Positions 1 to 8,258 are shown, counted from the first letter of the stretch. The stretch is DNA of 16,298 nt from Armatimonadota bacterium (GCA_016235455.1 JACRKZ010000033.1:1-16298); one strand, 5' to 3'. Translations and numbers: made by a program. Notes: generated by a model not told the origin, from the letters alone.

Positions 1-2
1 GG

Positions 3-1424
3 GAAGACGCCAGCGTCGACCATGGCACCGCCGAAGGCACTTATGCCGAGATGTTCACCGCCAGCCTGGAGAGCGCGGCCTTCATTGAGAAGGACCGCGA
101 CAAGCTACTGGCCATCGCGCTGAGCTACATTCCCGCCGACTGCGCCGTGGCGCACAGCGTCAAGACGGCGATGAAGGCGCGCGCCGACGGGCTTGACCTG
201 AAGGCCGCGCGCGAACTGGTGGTCAAGGAATCGGCGAGCACCGGCTGGTTCATGGCGCCGCAGAACGTCGCCTTCACTGTGCTCGGCTGGCTCTACGGCG
301 ACGGCGACTTCGGCAAGTCCATCTGCGCCGCGGTCAACTGCGGTGACGACACCGACTGCACCGGCGCCACGCTGGGCAGCCTCCTGGGCATCCTGGGCGG
401 GTCGAAGTCGATCCCCGAACGCTGGCGCGCGCCGGTGGGCGAGGAGATCATCACGGTGGCCATCGCCGGTTTCGACAACCCCAAGACCATCAGCCTGCTG
501 ACCGACAAGACGCTGGCCATGGCGCGGCGCGTGCTCGCCGAGTACGATGCGCCCGTGGCGCTCGGCGCTCGGGCCGAAACGCGCGGCGAACTGGCGTTGG
601 CCAACCCGGCCGCAGCCAAGGCGCTGTGGGCGCGCTCGCCCTGGCAGCTCAGCGCGGAGTTGATCTGCCTCAAGGCCACCCTCGACCTGCGCGCCGAGCC
701 CATCCCCAACGCGGGCACGCCGTGGCCGGTGACGGTCACGCTGGTCAACCATACGCCGCACGCGCAGCGGGTTAAGCTGACCTGGCGTCTGGCCGATGGG
801 CTGACCGGGCCGGAGCCGGGCACGGTGGAACTGCCGGCCAGCGGCAAACTCGATGTGACCGCCGAGCTGTCGGTGGCGCCCGTCGCCGCGCGGGAGCTGC
901 GCGGCAGCCTGGAGATCGCGCCAGTCGGGCGCACGCAGGTCGGCGTCATTCCCTTCGGCGTAGGCACCAAGCCCGCGCCGCGACCGGGCAACCTGACCGT
1001 TGGCGGCAAGGCCACCAGCGATTCCGAGTACGACCGTGAGCCCGGTTGCACGGCCTTGCTCATCGACGGCGAGATCACCGGGCCAGACGACTTCGAGGGC
1101 CATCGCTGGCACGCCGCGCTCAAGCCTCATCCGCACTGGGCGCAGATCGAGCTGGCCAAGTCGGCGGCCATCGGCCGTGTGGTCGTGCATTCGGCCGATC
1201 CCAAGGGCCATCCGGTGTCGTTCGTCGGCGAAGTGAGCGCGGACGGCCAGGCCTGGAAGCAGGTCTTCGAGGAGGCCGACTGGCAGGATGCGATGGTCTA
1301 CGACAAGACCATCGCGCCGGTGGAGGCGCGCTTCTTCCGGTTGACCATTCGCAAATCGTCCAGCACTGCCTATGCCGATGCGGCCCAGCTCAGCGAGATT
1401 GAGCTGCTCCCGCCCGGCAAGTGA
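3..1424 (+). CDS. ADP-ribosylglycohydrolase (ARH/DraG family) with an Ig-like middle region and C-terminal F5/8 type C (discoidin) domain; 5'-truncated by the window edge
   Basis: The frame is open from base 3 (EDASVDHGTAEGTYAEMF, an ARH-like 'DA..DH..EG.Y' segment), so ATG 51 is probably internal. The metal-binding motif AVNCGDDTDCTGATLGSLLG lies at about 330-390. The C-terminus (ATSDSEY..LIDG..RWHA..PHWAQIEL..VSADGQAW..ARFFRLTI..LSEIEL) is discoidin-like. Confidence 0.88.
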   Translation, partial: EDASVDHGTAEGTYAEMFTASLESAAFIEKDRDKLLAIALSYIPADCAVAHSVKTAMKARADGLDLKAARELVVKESASTGWFMAPQNVAFTVLGWLYGDGDFGKSICAAVNCGDDTDCTGATLGSLLGILGGSKSIPERWRAPVGEEIITVAIAGFDNPKTISLLTDKTLAMARRVLAEYDAPVALGARAETRGELALANPAAAKALWARSPWQLSAELICLKATLDLRAEPIPNAGTPWPVTVTLVNHTPHAQRVKLTWRLADGLTGPEPGTVELPASGKLDVTAELSVAPVAARELRGSLEIAPVGRTQVGVIPFGVGTKPAPRPGNLTVGGKATSDSEYDREPGCTALLIDGEITGPDDFEGHRWHAALKPHPHWAQIELAKSAAIGRVVVHSADPKGHPVSFVGEVSADGQAWKQVFEEADWQDAMVYDKTIAPVEARFFRLTIRKSSSTAYADAAQLSEIELLPPGK

Positions 1425-1433
1425 GCGTAGCGC

Positions 1434-2813
1434 ATGGTTGAGGAACGGCTGCGCAGCCTCGTCGGGCTGCTGATGCTCATGGCCATCGCGTGGCTGTTCT
1501 GCCCGCGCGACGGTCGGCGGCGGATCGTCTGGCGTGCCATCGGCTGGGGCGTGGTGCTGCAGTTCCTGCTGGCCATCATCATCCTGCGGCTGCCCTGGGC
1601 CGGCGCCTTCTTCCGCGGCTGCGGCGAGTTGGTCAATGGCCTGCTGGCGCATGCCCTGGAAGGCGCCAAGCTGCCGTTTGGCGTGCTCACCAACCAGGCC
1701 AAGCTGGGTGAGGTGTTCGGTCCGGAGAACGCCACCATCTTCGCGGTGCAGCAGCTCGCGCCGACCATCATCTTCTTCTCGGCGCTGACCTCGGTGGGCT
1801 ACCAACTGGGCGTGTTGCAGTGGATGGTGGGCTTCGTGGCGCGGGCGGTGGTGCGGGTCATGGGCACCTCCGGCGCCGAGACGCTGTCGGCCGCGGGTAA
1901 CATCTTCCTGGGCATGGTCGAGGCGCCGCTGACCATCCGTCCCTACCTGGTCGCGCTGACGCGGTCCGAGCTGTTCTGCGTAATGGTCTGCGGGCTGAGC
2001 AACCTGGCCGGCAGTGTGTTGGCGGTCTATGCCGGGCTGCTGCACGACGTGCTGCCCACGGCGGCCGGCCACCTGGTGACTATGAGCGTCATGTCCATGC
2101 CTGCTGGGCTGGTCATCGCCAAGATCATGCTGCCCGAGACCGGTACCCCGGCCACGCTCGGCCGCGTTGAGGTGGTCGCCGAAAAGCCCTACGCCAACGT
2201 CATGGACGCCATCACCGCCGGCGCGGCTGACGGGCTGCGTGTGGCGGCGGGCGTGGTGGCCATGCTCATCGCCATGGTGGCCATTGTCTCGCTGTGCAAC
2301 GGCGTGATTGGCGCGCCCGCGCGCTGGCACAACCAGGCCATCGTCCAGGCGGCCGCCGCGCCGGACGTCAAGCCCGAGGACGCCGCGGGCGTCCAGGCGG
2401 CCGCCGACCGCGCCGGCCTGCAGTCACGCGCGTGGCATGCGCCCACCTTACAGGGCACGCTCGGCGTTGCCTTCCGGCCGTTGGCCTGGGGCCTGGGCGT
2501 GTCGCGCCAGGACATCCCGCGGGTCGGCGAGCTGCTCGGCCTGCGCACGGTGCTCAATGAGTTCCTGGCCTACCTGCAGATGGGCTCGGACCTGAAGGCC
2601 AACCCAACCGCCATGACCCAGCGCAGCCGCATCCTGACCACCTATGCGCTCTGCTCGTTCGCCAACTTCGGGTCTGTGGCCATCCTGTTGGGCGGCGTCG
2701 GGGTGCTCGCGCCGTCGCGGCGGCGCGAACTGGCCGAGCTGGGCATCCCATCGCTGGTCGGCGGGACGCTGGCGGCGCACATGACGGCGTGCGTGGTGGG
2801 TATGCTGATCTGA
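1434..2813 (+). CDS. nupC: Concentrative nucleoside transporter (CNT/NupC family)
   Basis: Multiple TM segments and CNT motifs: PTIIFFSAL, MGTSGAETLSAAGNIFLG..EAPL.IRPYL, MSMPAGLVIAKIMLPET, NEFLAY, YALCSFANFGS. Starts 9 nt after the ARH stop. Confidence 0.93.
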   Translation: MVEERLRSLVGLLMLMAIAWLFCPRDGRRRIVWRAIGWGVVLQFLLAIIILRLPWAGAFFRGCGELVNGLLAHALEGAKLPFGVLTNQAKLGEVFGPENATIFAVQQLAPTIIFFSALTSVGYQLGVLQWMVGFVARAVVRVMGTSGAETLSAAGNIFLGMVEAPLTIRPYLVALTRSELFCVMVCGLSNLAGSVLAVYAGLLHDVLPTAAGHLVTMSVMSMPAGLVIAKIMLPETGTPATLGRVEVVAEKPYANVMDAITAGAADGLRVAAGVVAMLIAMVAIVSLCNGVIGAPARWHNQAIVQAAAAPDVKPEDAAGVQAAADRAGLQSRAWHAPTLQGTLGVAFRPLAWGLGVSRQDIPRVGELLGLRTVLNEFLAYLQMGSDLKANPTAMTQRSRILTTYALCSFANFGSVAILLGGVGVLAPSRRRELAELGIPSLVGGTLAAHMTACVVGMLI

Positions 2814-2814
2814 C

Positions 2815-4737
2815 TCAACGCCGGTCCTGCACCGTCGGCACGCCGGCCGCCAGCTCGGCGGTAACGCCCCGCACCGTGACGCCCGTGCCTGCCGCGCAGT
2901 CCTTGCCGATGTGGATTCCAGCGTCCTTCAGGTCAGGGTCGCGCAGGCGGTAGCTGTCGACCACCACCTCAGCGCAGTTGACCAGGTACAGGCTGCAATC
3001 CACCGGATACCACTCGGGGTGGTTCCAGGTCATGCGATGGCCGGCCTCGGTGGCCGCCGCGTTGTCGGTGACCGTCAGCCCAGCGATGCCGCTGACGGCC
3101 AGCACCATTTTGCGCGGGTTCTCAAAACGGTTCCCACTCACCGTCAGGTTGCGCAGCAGGCGTGACCGGCCGCCATTGGCCTCGATCACGCCGGCCATGC
3201 CGCGGTTGGTGACGTTGCGGAACAGGTTGCCCGCAATCGTCACGTTGGCCGGCATGACGCCCTCATGCCAGGCCGTGCCGCCGTAGCCGAGGATGACACC
3301 GTAGCCCTCGGCGTTCTCGGCGGTGTTGCCCGCGATCAGTCCGTCGCGCGCCTGGATGAGCAGGCAGCGGCTGCGGTTCTGGCCGAAGTAGTTGTCGACG
3401 ATCTTGAAGTTGGAGGCCGACAGGTTCACGGGGTACAGCTCGTCCGTGGTCGCGTCGTAGCCGAGGTCGGCGAGCTTCTTGGTGAGCCGGCAGCGCGTGA
3501 CGCCGGTCTGGCGTGGCTGCACCGATTCCACGATGGCCTGGCCTTTGAGCTGGTTGGTGGCCGGGTTCATCACCTCGATTACATCGAATCGGCGCAGGTC
3601 GAGCTCGGTGCGGAACTCGATGTCGCGGTCCCCCGTCAGCTTCACCGCGCTGCCGGGCAGGCCGGGGCAGTGCAGGTTGATACAGTCGTCGCCCTGGCCC
3701 ATGAAGTAGCTGCCGCGCACGGTGATGCCGCCGCGTTCGCCGTGGACGAAGAGCCCGTCGGCGTTGCTTGCCAGTAGCCGGTCGGACCCCGGTGGCGGGC
3801 AATCGGCGTAGCCGTCGATCAGCGCGCCGTCGACGTTCCACAGACCGAACCCGCAGGTGGGCGAGGCATGGACCGTGACCCGGCTGACCTGGAAGCCCCG
3901 CACGAAGCCCGCGCTCAAGGCCTGCTGGGCGATACGCCGGCCGACGTAGACGAAATCGTCGCCGGCCGCCAGGTAGCCCTTCAGCGCCTTGGGGTCAGCC
4001 TCGAACCGCCAGACCGTGCCCTCGACCCGGACCGTCTTGGCGATGAACAGTGGCGTGATCGACGGCCAACGGCAGCCAGCCGCTTTGTACATCACGTAGC
4101 CGGCATGGTTGCCCGGCACGGCCGCGGCCAGTTCCGCCGGTGTCGAGTAGCCGTCGTGCAGCCGAAGCGTGAAGTAGCCATCGTCGGGCTTGACCTCGGT
4201 CACCGTGCCCTGGGTGAACGGCAGCGGGTTGTAGTCGATGGCGAGGTCGCGCACCATGACGCCGCGGCTGTCGCTGACCATGAGGCAGCCCAGCTTGGGC
4301 TCGCCGGCGACAAGTTGGGTGGCGAAGCCCTGGCCCCGGATGACGGCGTTGTCCAGTCCGCGCGCGTTGAGGATCGACTGGTCGTCGCTGCCCAGCTCGG
4401 CGTGCGGCAGCAAGAAGTAGCGGCCGCTGCTGCTGAAGACAAGCTCCGCGGGCTGGCCGCTGGCCTTGGCCGCGGCCAGCGCCTGGTAGAACGCCGGCGT
4501 GCAGTCGGTCACGCCATCGGCCACCGCGCCGTAGTCTTCGACGCGGAACGCTGTGCGCGCCACGTCGGGGAACGGCATGTTGTACCCGAGCCGGCGCGAC
4601 GGCTCGGTCTCCGTGTACGGCACCTCCGTGCGCCGCGCAATGGGCTCGCGCGGGGTGGGGTACACCGCGGAGGGGTAGGTCGGCGCGGCGACGGCGATGC
4701 TCGCGGTCGCGAGTACGGCCAGCAGGGCGTGTTCCAT
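2815..4737 (-). CDS. Secreted right-handed beta-helix glycosidase, GH110 (alpha-galactosidase)-like
   Basis: Hydrophobic N-terminus (MEHALLAVLATASIAVAA); VEDYGAVADGVTDCTPAFYQAL beta-helix N-cap; IDYNPLPFTQGTV; SNADG..G.I.V..SYF.GQGDDCINLH with the Asp pair typical of GH110-like enzymes; NRSRCLLIQARDGLIAGN. Confidence 0.75.
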   Translation of the reverse strand: MEHALLAVLATASIAVAAPTYPSAVYPTPREPIARRTEVPYTETEPSRRLGYNMPFPDVARTAFRVEDYGAVADGVTDCTPAFYQALAAAKASGQPAELVFSSSGRYFLLPHAELGSDDQSILNARGLDNAVIRGQGFATQLVAGEPKLGCLMVSDSRGVMVRDLAIDYNPLPFTQGTVTEVKPDDGYFTLRLHDGYSTPAELAAAVPGNHAGYVMYKAAGCRWPSITPLFIAKTVRVEGTVWRFEADPKALKGYLAAGDDFVYVGRRIAQQALSAGFVRGFQVSRVTVHASPTCGFGLWNVDGALIDGYADCPPPGSDRLLASNADGLFVHGERGGITVRGSYFMGQGDDCINLHCPGLPGSAVKLTGDRDIEFRTELDLRRFDVIEVMNPATNQLKGQAIVESVQPRQTGVTRCRLTKKLADLGYDATTDELYPVNLSASNFKIVDNYFGQNRSRCLLIQARDGLIAGNTAENAEGYGVILGYGGTAWHEGVMPANVTIAGNLFRNVTNRGMAGVIEANGGRSRLLRNLTVSGNRFENPRKMVLAVSGIAGLTVTDNAAATEAGHRMTWNHPEWYPVDCSLYLVNCAEVVVDSYRLRDPDLKDAGIHIGKDCAAGTGVTVRGVTAELAAGVPTVQDRR

Positions 4738-4847
4738 GCGCGCCTGTTGGGCGCGCGCGACATGAGTCCTTCCCGTCTGGCCTGTGCCGCCGGGTCAGGG
4801 GAAGACCTTAGATCGGGGCGAGGAACGGCGGATCTGGGCGGCCACCC

Positions 4848-4877
4848 ATGGCTGGGGGCCCCGGCGCGTGGCACAAT
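4848..4877 (+). promoter_or_regulatory. Putative sigma70-type promoter for the sensor kinase operon (weak -35 ATGGCT, extended -10 TG-G-CACAAT)
   Basis: TGGCACAAT at 4869-4877, 77 nt upstream of ATG 4955. The same layout recurs at 8229-8258. Confidence 0.45.
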
Positions 4878-4888
4878 GTTGTCAGCGA

Positions 4889-4900
4889 CCAAGCGCTTGG
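4889..4900. promoter_or_regulatory. Perfect 12-bp palindrome CCAAGCGCTTGG, possible operator (LacI-like AAGCGCTT core)
   Basis: Self-complementary sequence just downstream of the putative -10 in a divergent intergenic region. Confidence 0.35.
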
Positions 4901-4954
4901 CCCGTTGCCATCCCCAGAGGGCGGCGACTCGGCGGGCCAGGGGGCGCCGAACCG

Positions 4955-7300
4955 ATGGATGCCCTGTCACCGCACGACCCCGTCTACATTGGCCTCTTGC
5001 ACTCGCTGACCGGCACCATGGCCATCAGCGAGGCGGTGCTTCTCGACGCCGAGCAGATGGCCATCGACGAGATCAACGACCAGGGCGGCGTGCTCGGCCG
5101 GCGGGTGGCGCCGCTGGTCGCGGACGGCGCGTCCAATCCAGCCGCGTTTGCCGAGCGCGCCAGCGAGTTGCTTGCCGCCGGCGCCACCTCACTGTTTGGC
5201 TGCTGGACCTCGGCATCGCGCAAAGCGGTCAAGCCCGTCATCGAGGCCGCCGACAGCCTGCTCTGGTACCCCGTGCACTACGAGGGGCTGGAGGAGTCAG
5301 AGCACATCGTCTACATCGGGGCCTGCCTCAACCAGCAGACCATCCCCGCCATCGAGTGGGCGCTGGCGCACGTCGGCCAGCGCGTCTACCTGCTCGGCAC
5401 CGATCATGTCTTCTCGCGCACCGCCAGCCGCCTGGCTCGCGCCCTGGTGGAGGGGGCCGGCAATGGCGCCACGGTCACCGGCGAACGCTACCTGCCCTTT
5501 GGCAAGCAGGACTTCGCCGCCGTAGTGACCGCCATTCGCGATAGCCAGCCTGACCTGGTCTTCAACACCATGAACGGCGACTGCAACCCGGCCTTCTATC
5601 ACCAGTACCACGCCATGGGGGGCATCTCGGCCAGCGAGTTGCCCATCCTGTCGGTCAGCGTGTCGGAGTCCGAGCTGTACCCGATCCGCGATGTGGCGGC
5701 CGGGCACCTGGCGTGCTGGAACTACTTCCAGTCGCTGGACATACCCGCAAACCACGAGTTCGTGCGCCGGTTCAGAGCGCGCTACGGGCCCGACCGAGTC
5801 TGTTCGGCGCCGATGGCCATGGCTTACTGCGCGGTGCATCTCTGGCGCCAGGCAGTGTTGGCCGCCAACGGGCTCGGCGCGGCTGAGTTGCGGGCCACGC
5901 TGGTTGGTCAGAGCTTTCTCGGCCCGGCGGGCGCCATCACCGTCGAGCCCAACCACCACGTGACCACCCATGCGTATGTCGGGCGGTGTGGCGGGGACGG
6001 GCAGTTTGCCGTCGAATGGCGCAGCAGCGGCCCCATCACGCCGTTGCCGTGGTTGGGCATGGAGAGCAGCCGACTTCCCTATGCGGCGCTGGTACGCGAG
6101 GCCATGGCCTCCTATCCCGATGTGCTGGACTATGCGACGAGACTGGAGCAGGGCATGGCGGAGCGGCAACTGACGGCCGAGGCCCTACGGCAGAGCGATG
6201 AGAAGTTCAGGCTCGCGCTACGCAGCTCGCCCGTCATGGTTTCCCACCAGGACCGCGACCTGCGCTACACCTGGGTGCACAACGCCAGCGGGCCGTTCGG
6301 CCGCGCCGACATCGTTGGCCTCCGCGACGCCGACCTGGTGGCGCCGGAGTCCGCGGCGCTGCTGGACCAGGTGAAGCGCCGTGTGATGGACCGGGGCGAA
6401 GGCGAACGCACCGAGGTGCCATTGACCGTCAACGGCCGGAGCAGCGTCTGGGACCTGACCAGCGAGCCGTTGCGCGATGTGCACGGCGCGGTGATCGGCG
6501 TGACCTGCGCCTCGCTCGACGTGACCATCAGCCGGCGCTTCGAGGAGTCGCTGCGCGACCGGCTCGAGGCACAGGTCCGTGAGCAGACCAGCCGCCTGGT
6601 GGAGTCGAACGCGGCGCTCGAGGAGCGGGCCCAGCAGTTGCGTGGCCTGGCCTCCGACCTGACCTTGGCCGAGGACCGTCAGCGCCGTGTGCTGCGCGGC
6701 GTGCTGCACGACCATGTGCAGCAATTGCTGGTGGGTGCCTTGATGCATACCGACGCGCTGCTGCGCCAGACGTCGCCCGACATGGTGCGCGACTCGGCGC
6801 GTCGCGTTCGCGAGATCATCACCGAGGCGGTCAACTCCACGCGGTCGCTGACCTGGGGGCTGTCCCCGCCGATCCTCTACCAGCTTGGCCTGGGTGCTGC
6901 CCTCTCGGAACTGGGTCAACGCAGCCTGGAGCAGTACGGCCTGGCCATCAGCCTCGACACCGACCCACTGGCTGAGCCAGACTCGGAGCCGTTGCTGGTG
7001 TTGCTCTTCCGCTCCGTGCAGGAACTACTGCTCAACGTCGCCAAGCACGCGCAGGTCAGCAGCGCGGCCGTGCGCCTGTCACGGCTGGCCGGTGACGAGA
7101 TCCAGATTGAGGTGGCCGATGCCGGCGTCGGCTTTGAGCCCGAGAGCTCAGTGACGAGCGGCCGGGCGGCGGGCATCGGCCTGGTCAGCCTGCGCGAGCG
7201 CCTGGACCACCTCGGCGGACGGCTGGAGATCAGCTCCAGCCCGGGTTCCGGTACCTCGGTTCGCCTCATTGCCCCGCTCACCGGTGGAGGTCAGCTATGA
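4955..7300 (+). CDS. Sensor histidine kinase: N-terminal AmiC/UrtA-like (periplasmic-binding-protein type I fold) domain + PAS + HisKA_3 + HATPase_c
   Basis: The N-terminal ~370 aa carry UrtA-like motifs (IGLLHSLTGTMAISE, EINDQGGVLGR, FGCWTSASRKAV, LLWYPVHYEGLE, WNYFQS). PAS: QDRDLRYTWVHN..PLRDVHGAVIGV..DVT. H-box VLHDHVQQ (His codon 6707), N-box QELLLNVAKHA, DAGVGF, GIGLVSLRERL, PGSGT. ATG 4955 (after AGGGGG) is preferred over the track start at 4784. Confidence 0.92.
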   Translation: MDALSPHDPVYIGLLHSLTGTMAISEAVLLDAEQMAIDEINDQGGVLGRRVAPLVADGASNPAAFAERASELLAAGATSLFGCWTSASRKAVKPVIEAADSLLWYPVHYEGLEESEHIVYIGACLNQQTIPAIEWALAHVGQRVYLLGTDHVFSRTASRLARALVEGAGNGATVTGERYLPFGKQDFAAVVTAIRDSQPDLVFNTMNGDCNPAFYHQYHAMGGISASELPILSVSVSESELYPIRDVAAGHLACWNYFQSLDIPANHEFVRRFRARYGPDRVCSAPMAMAYCAVHLWRQAVLAANGLGAAELRATLVGQSFLGPAGAITVEPNHHVTTHAYVGRCGGDGQFAVEWRSSGPITPLPWLGMESSRLPYAALVREAMASYPDVLDYATRLEQGMAERQLTAEALRQSDEKFRLALRSSPVMVSHQDRDLRYTWVHNASGPFGRADIVGLRDADLVAPESAALLDQVKRRVMDRGEGERTEVPLTVNGRSSVWDLTSEPLRDVHGAVIGVTCASLDVTISRRFEESLRDRLEAQVREQTSRLVESNAALEERAQQLRGLASDLTLAEDRQRRVLRGVLHDHVQQLLVGALMHTDALLRQTSPDMVRDSARRVREIITEAVNSTRSLTWGLSPPILYQLGLGAALSELGQRSLEQYGLAISLDTDPLAEPDSEPLLVLLFRSVQELLLNVAKHAQVSSAAVRLSRLAGDEIQIEVADAGVGFEPESSVTSGRAAGIGLVSLRERLDHLGGRLEISSSPGSGTSVRLIAPLTGGGQL

Positions 7301-7944
7301 CGACTCGGCTGCTGCTCGTAGACGACCATGCGGTCGTGCGCGAGGGCTTGCGCGCCGTGCTGGCGCTGGAGCCCGACCTGGACGTGGTGGGCGAGGCCTG
7401 CGATGGCCGCGCCGCTCTCGACGCGGTACGCCTGACCTCGCCCGATGTGGTGGTCATGGACGTCGGCATGGCCTCGCTCAACGGCATCGATGCCACGCGC
7501 CAGTTGGTGCGCGACTACCCGCGGGTCAAGGTGGTCGTGCTCTCCATGCACACCGACGACGCCTATATCCTGGCTGCGCTGGACGCCGGCGCCGCCGCCT
7601 ATGTGGCCAAGGCGTCGGTCTCCGACGAGCTCATCCGTGCTATTCGCGCCGTGGCCAGTGGCCGCCGCTACCTCTGCGCCGGCGTCGCCGGCGTGGTCAT
7701 GAACCTGGCCGTCAAGGGCGGCGCGGAGCCGGCCAACTCGGCCTTCTCATCGCTGACCGAACGTGAGCGCGAGGTGCTCCAGCTGGTTGCCGAGGGCGGC
7801 ACCTCGCCCGCCATCGCGGGCCTGCTGCACATCTCCGAGAAGACCGTCGAAACGCACCGCCACAACCTGATGCGTAAGCTCGATCTGCACAGTGTGGCCG
7901 AGCTGACCAAGTGCGCCGTGCGCAACGGCCTGACTGCCGCCTGA
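7297..7944 (+). CDS. NarL/FixJ-family DNA-binding response regulator (REC + LuxR HTH)
   Basis: LLLVDDHAVVREGL, PDVVVMDVGM, LSMH, YVAK; HTH LTEREREVLQLVAEG..IA..LHISEKTVETHRHNLMRKL. ATGA overlap with the kinase stop. Confidence 0.96.
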   Translation: MTTRLLLVDDHAVVREGLRAVLALEPDLDVVGEACDGRAALDAVRLTSPDVVVMDVGMASLNGIDATRQLVRDYPRVKVVVLSMHTDDAYILAALDAGAAAYVAKASVSDELIRAIRAVASGRRYLCAGVAGVVMNLAVKGGAEPANSAFSSLTEREREVLQLVAEGGTSPAIAGLLHISEKTVETHRHNLMRKLDLHSVAELTKCAVRNGLTAA

Positions 7945-8042
7945 GCGCGATCTACAGCCAACCCCTCCGCCAAACCATGGCCTCTGCGCGCTGCCAGATG
8001 CCCGCGGCGTGCCACCCTGACAGTGCGAAGGGTGAACCCGCC

Positions 8043-8189
8043 ATGTATGCCAGGCTCAGACGCATCAGCTTCAATCGCCACCGCCCGACCGCCAACCCGA
8101 CCCGCCTGGTCTGGGTGGTGGGCACGCTGGTCGCAATCTGTCTCACGATGGCCAGTCTGGCCTTGTGGCAGATGCGCGGCCCGCGCTGA
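8043..8189 (+). CDS. Possible 48-aa single-pass membrane peptide
   Basis: AAGGGTG SD-like sequence precedes ATG 8043. MYARLRRISFNRHRPTANPTR is basic and is followed by hydrophobic LVWVVGTLVAICLTMASLALW. Fills the gap between two regulator genes. Confidence 0.4.
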   Translation: MYARLRRISFNRHRPTANPTRLVWVVGTLVAICLTMASLALWQMRGPR

Positions 8190-8213
8190 TCTCCATGTTT
8201 CCCGAGCGCCGCG

Positions 8214-8258
8214 GCAGGGATTGTCCCGATGGCCGCGGCCAGCCGTCCTTGGCACCAT
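8214..8258 (+). promoter_or_regulatory. Putative activator site (GCAGG-gattgt-CCCGA) abutting a promoter with extended -10 TG-G-CACCAT
   Basis: Imperfect inverted repeat at 8214-8229, centred about 43 nt upstream of the inferred start site; TGGCACCAT at 8250-8258. Confidence 0.4.

Noticed and set aside
105-2330. 741-aa minus-strand ORF
   Set aside because: Antisense shadow of the ARH and nupC genes; typical of high-GC codon bias, with no recognisable motifs.
2811-2817. TGACTCA palindrome at the nupC / beta-helix junction
   Set aside because: Simply two convergent TGA stop codons one base apart; no terminator hairpin is visible.
4784-4954. 57-aa N-terminal extension of the kinase in the ORF track
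   Set aside because: Covers the promoter-like elements and is not a signal peptide; the UrtA-like domain begins just after ATG 4955.
3868-5544. 558-aa plus-strand ORF
   Set aside because: Antisense to the beta-helix gene and out of frame with the kinase; Arg/Gly-rich shadow translation.
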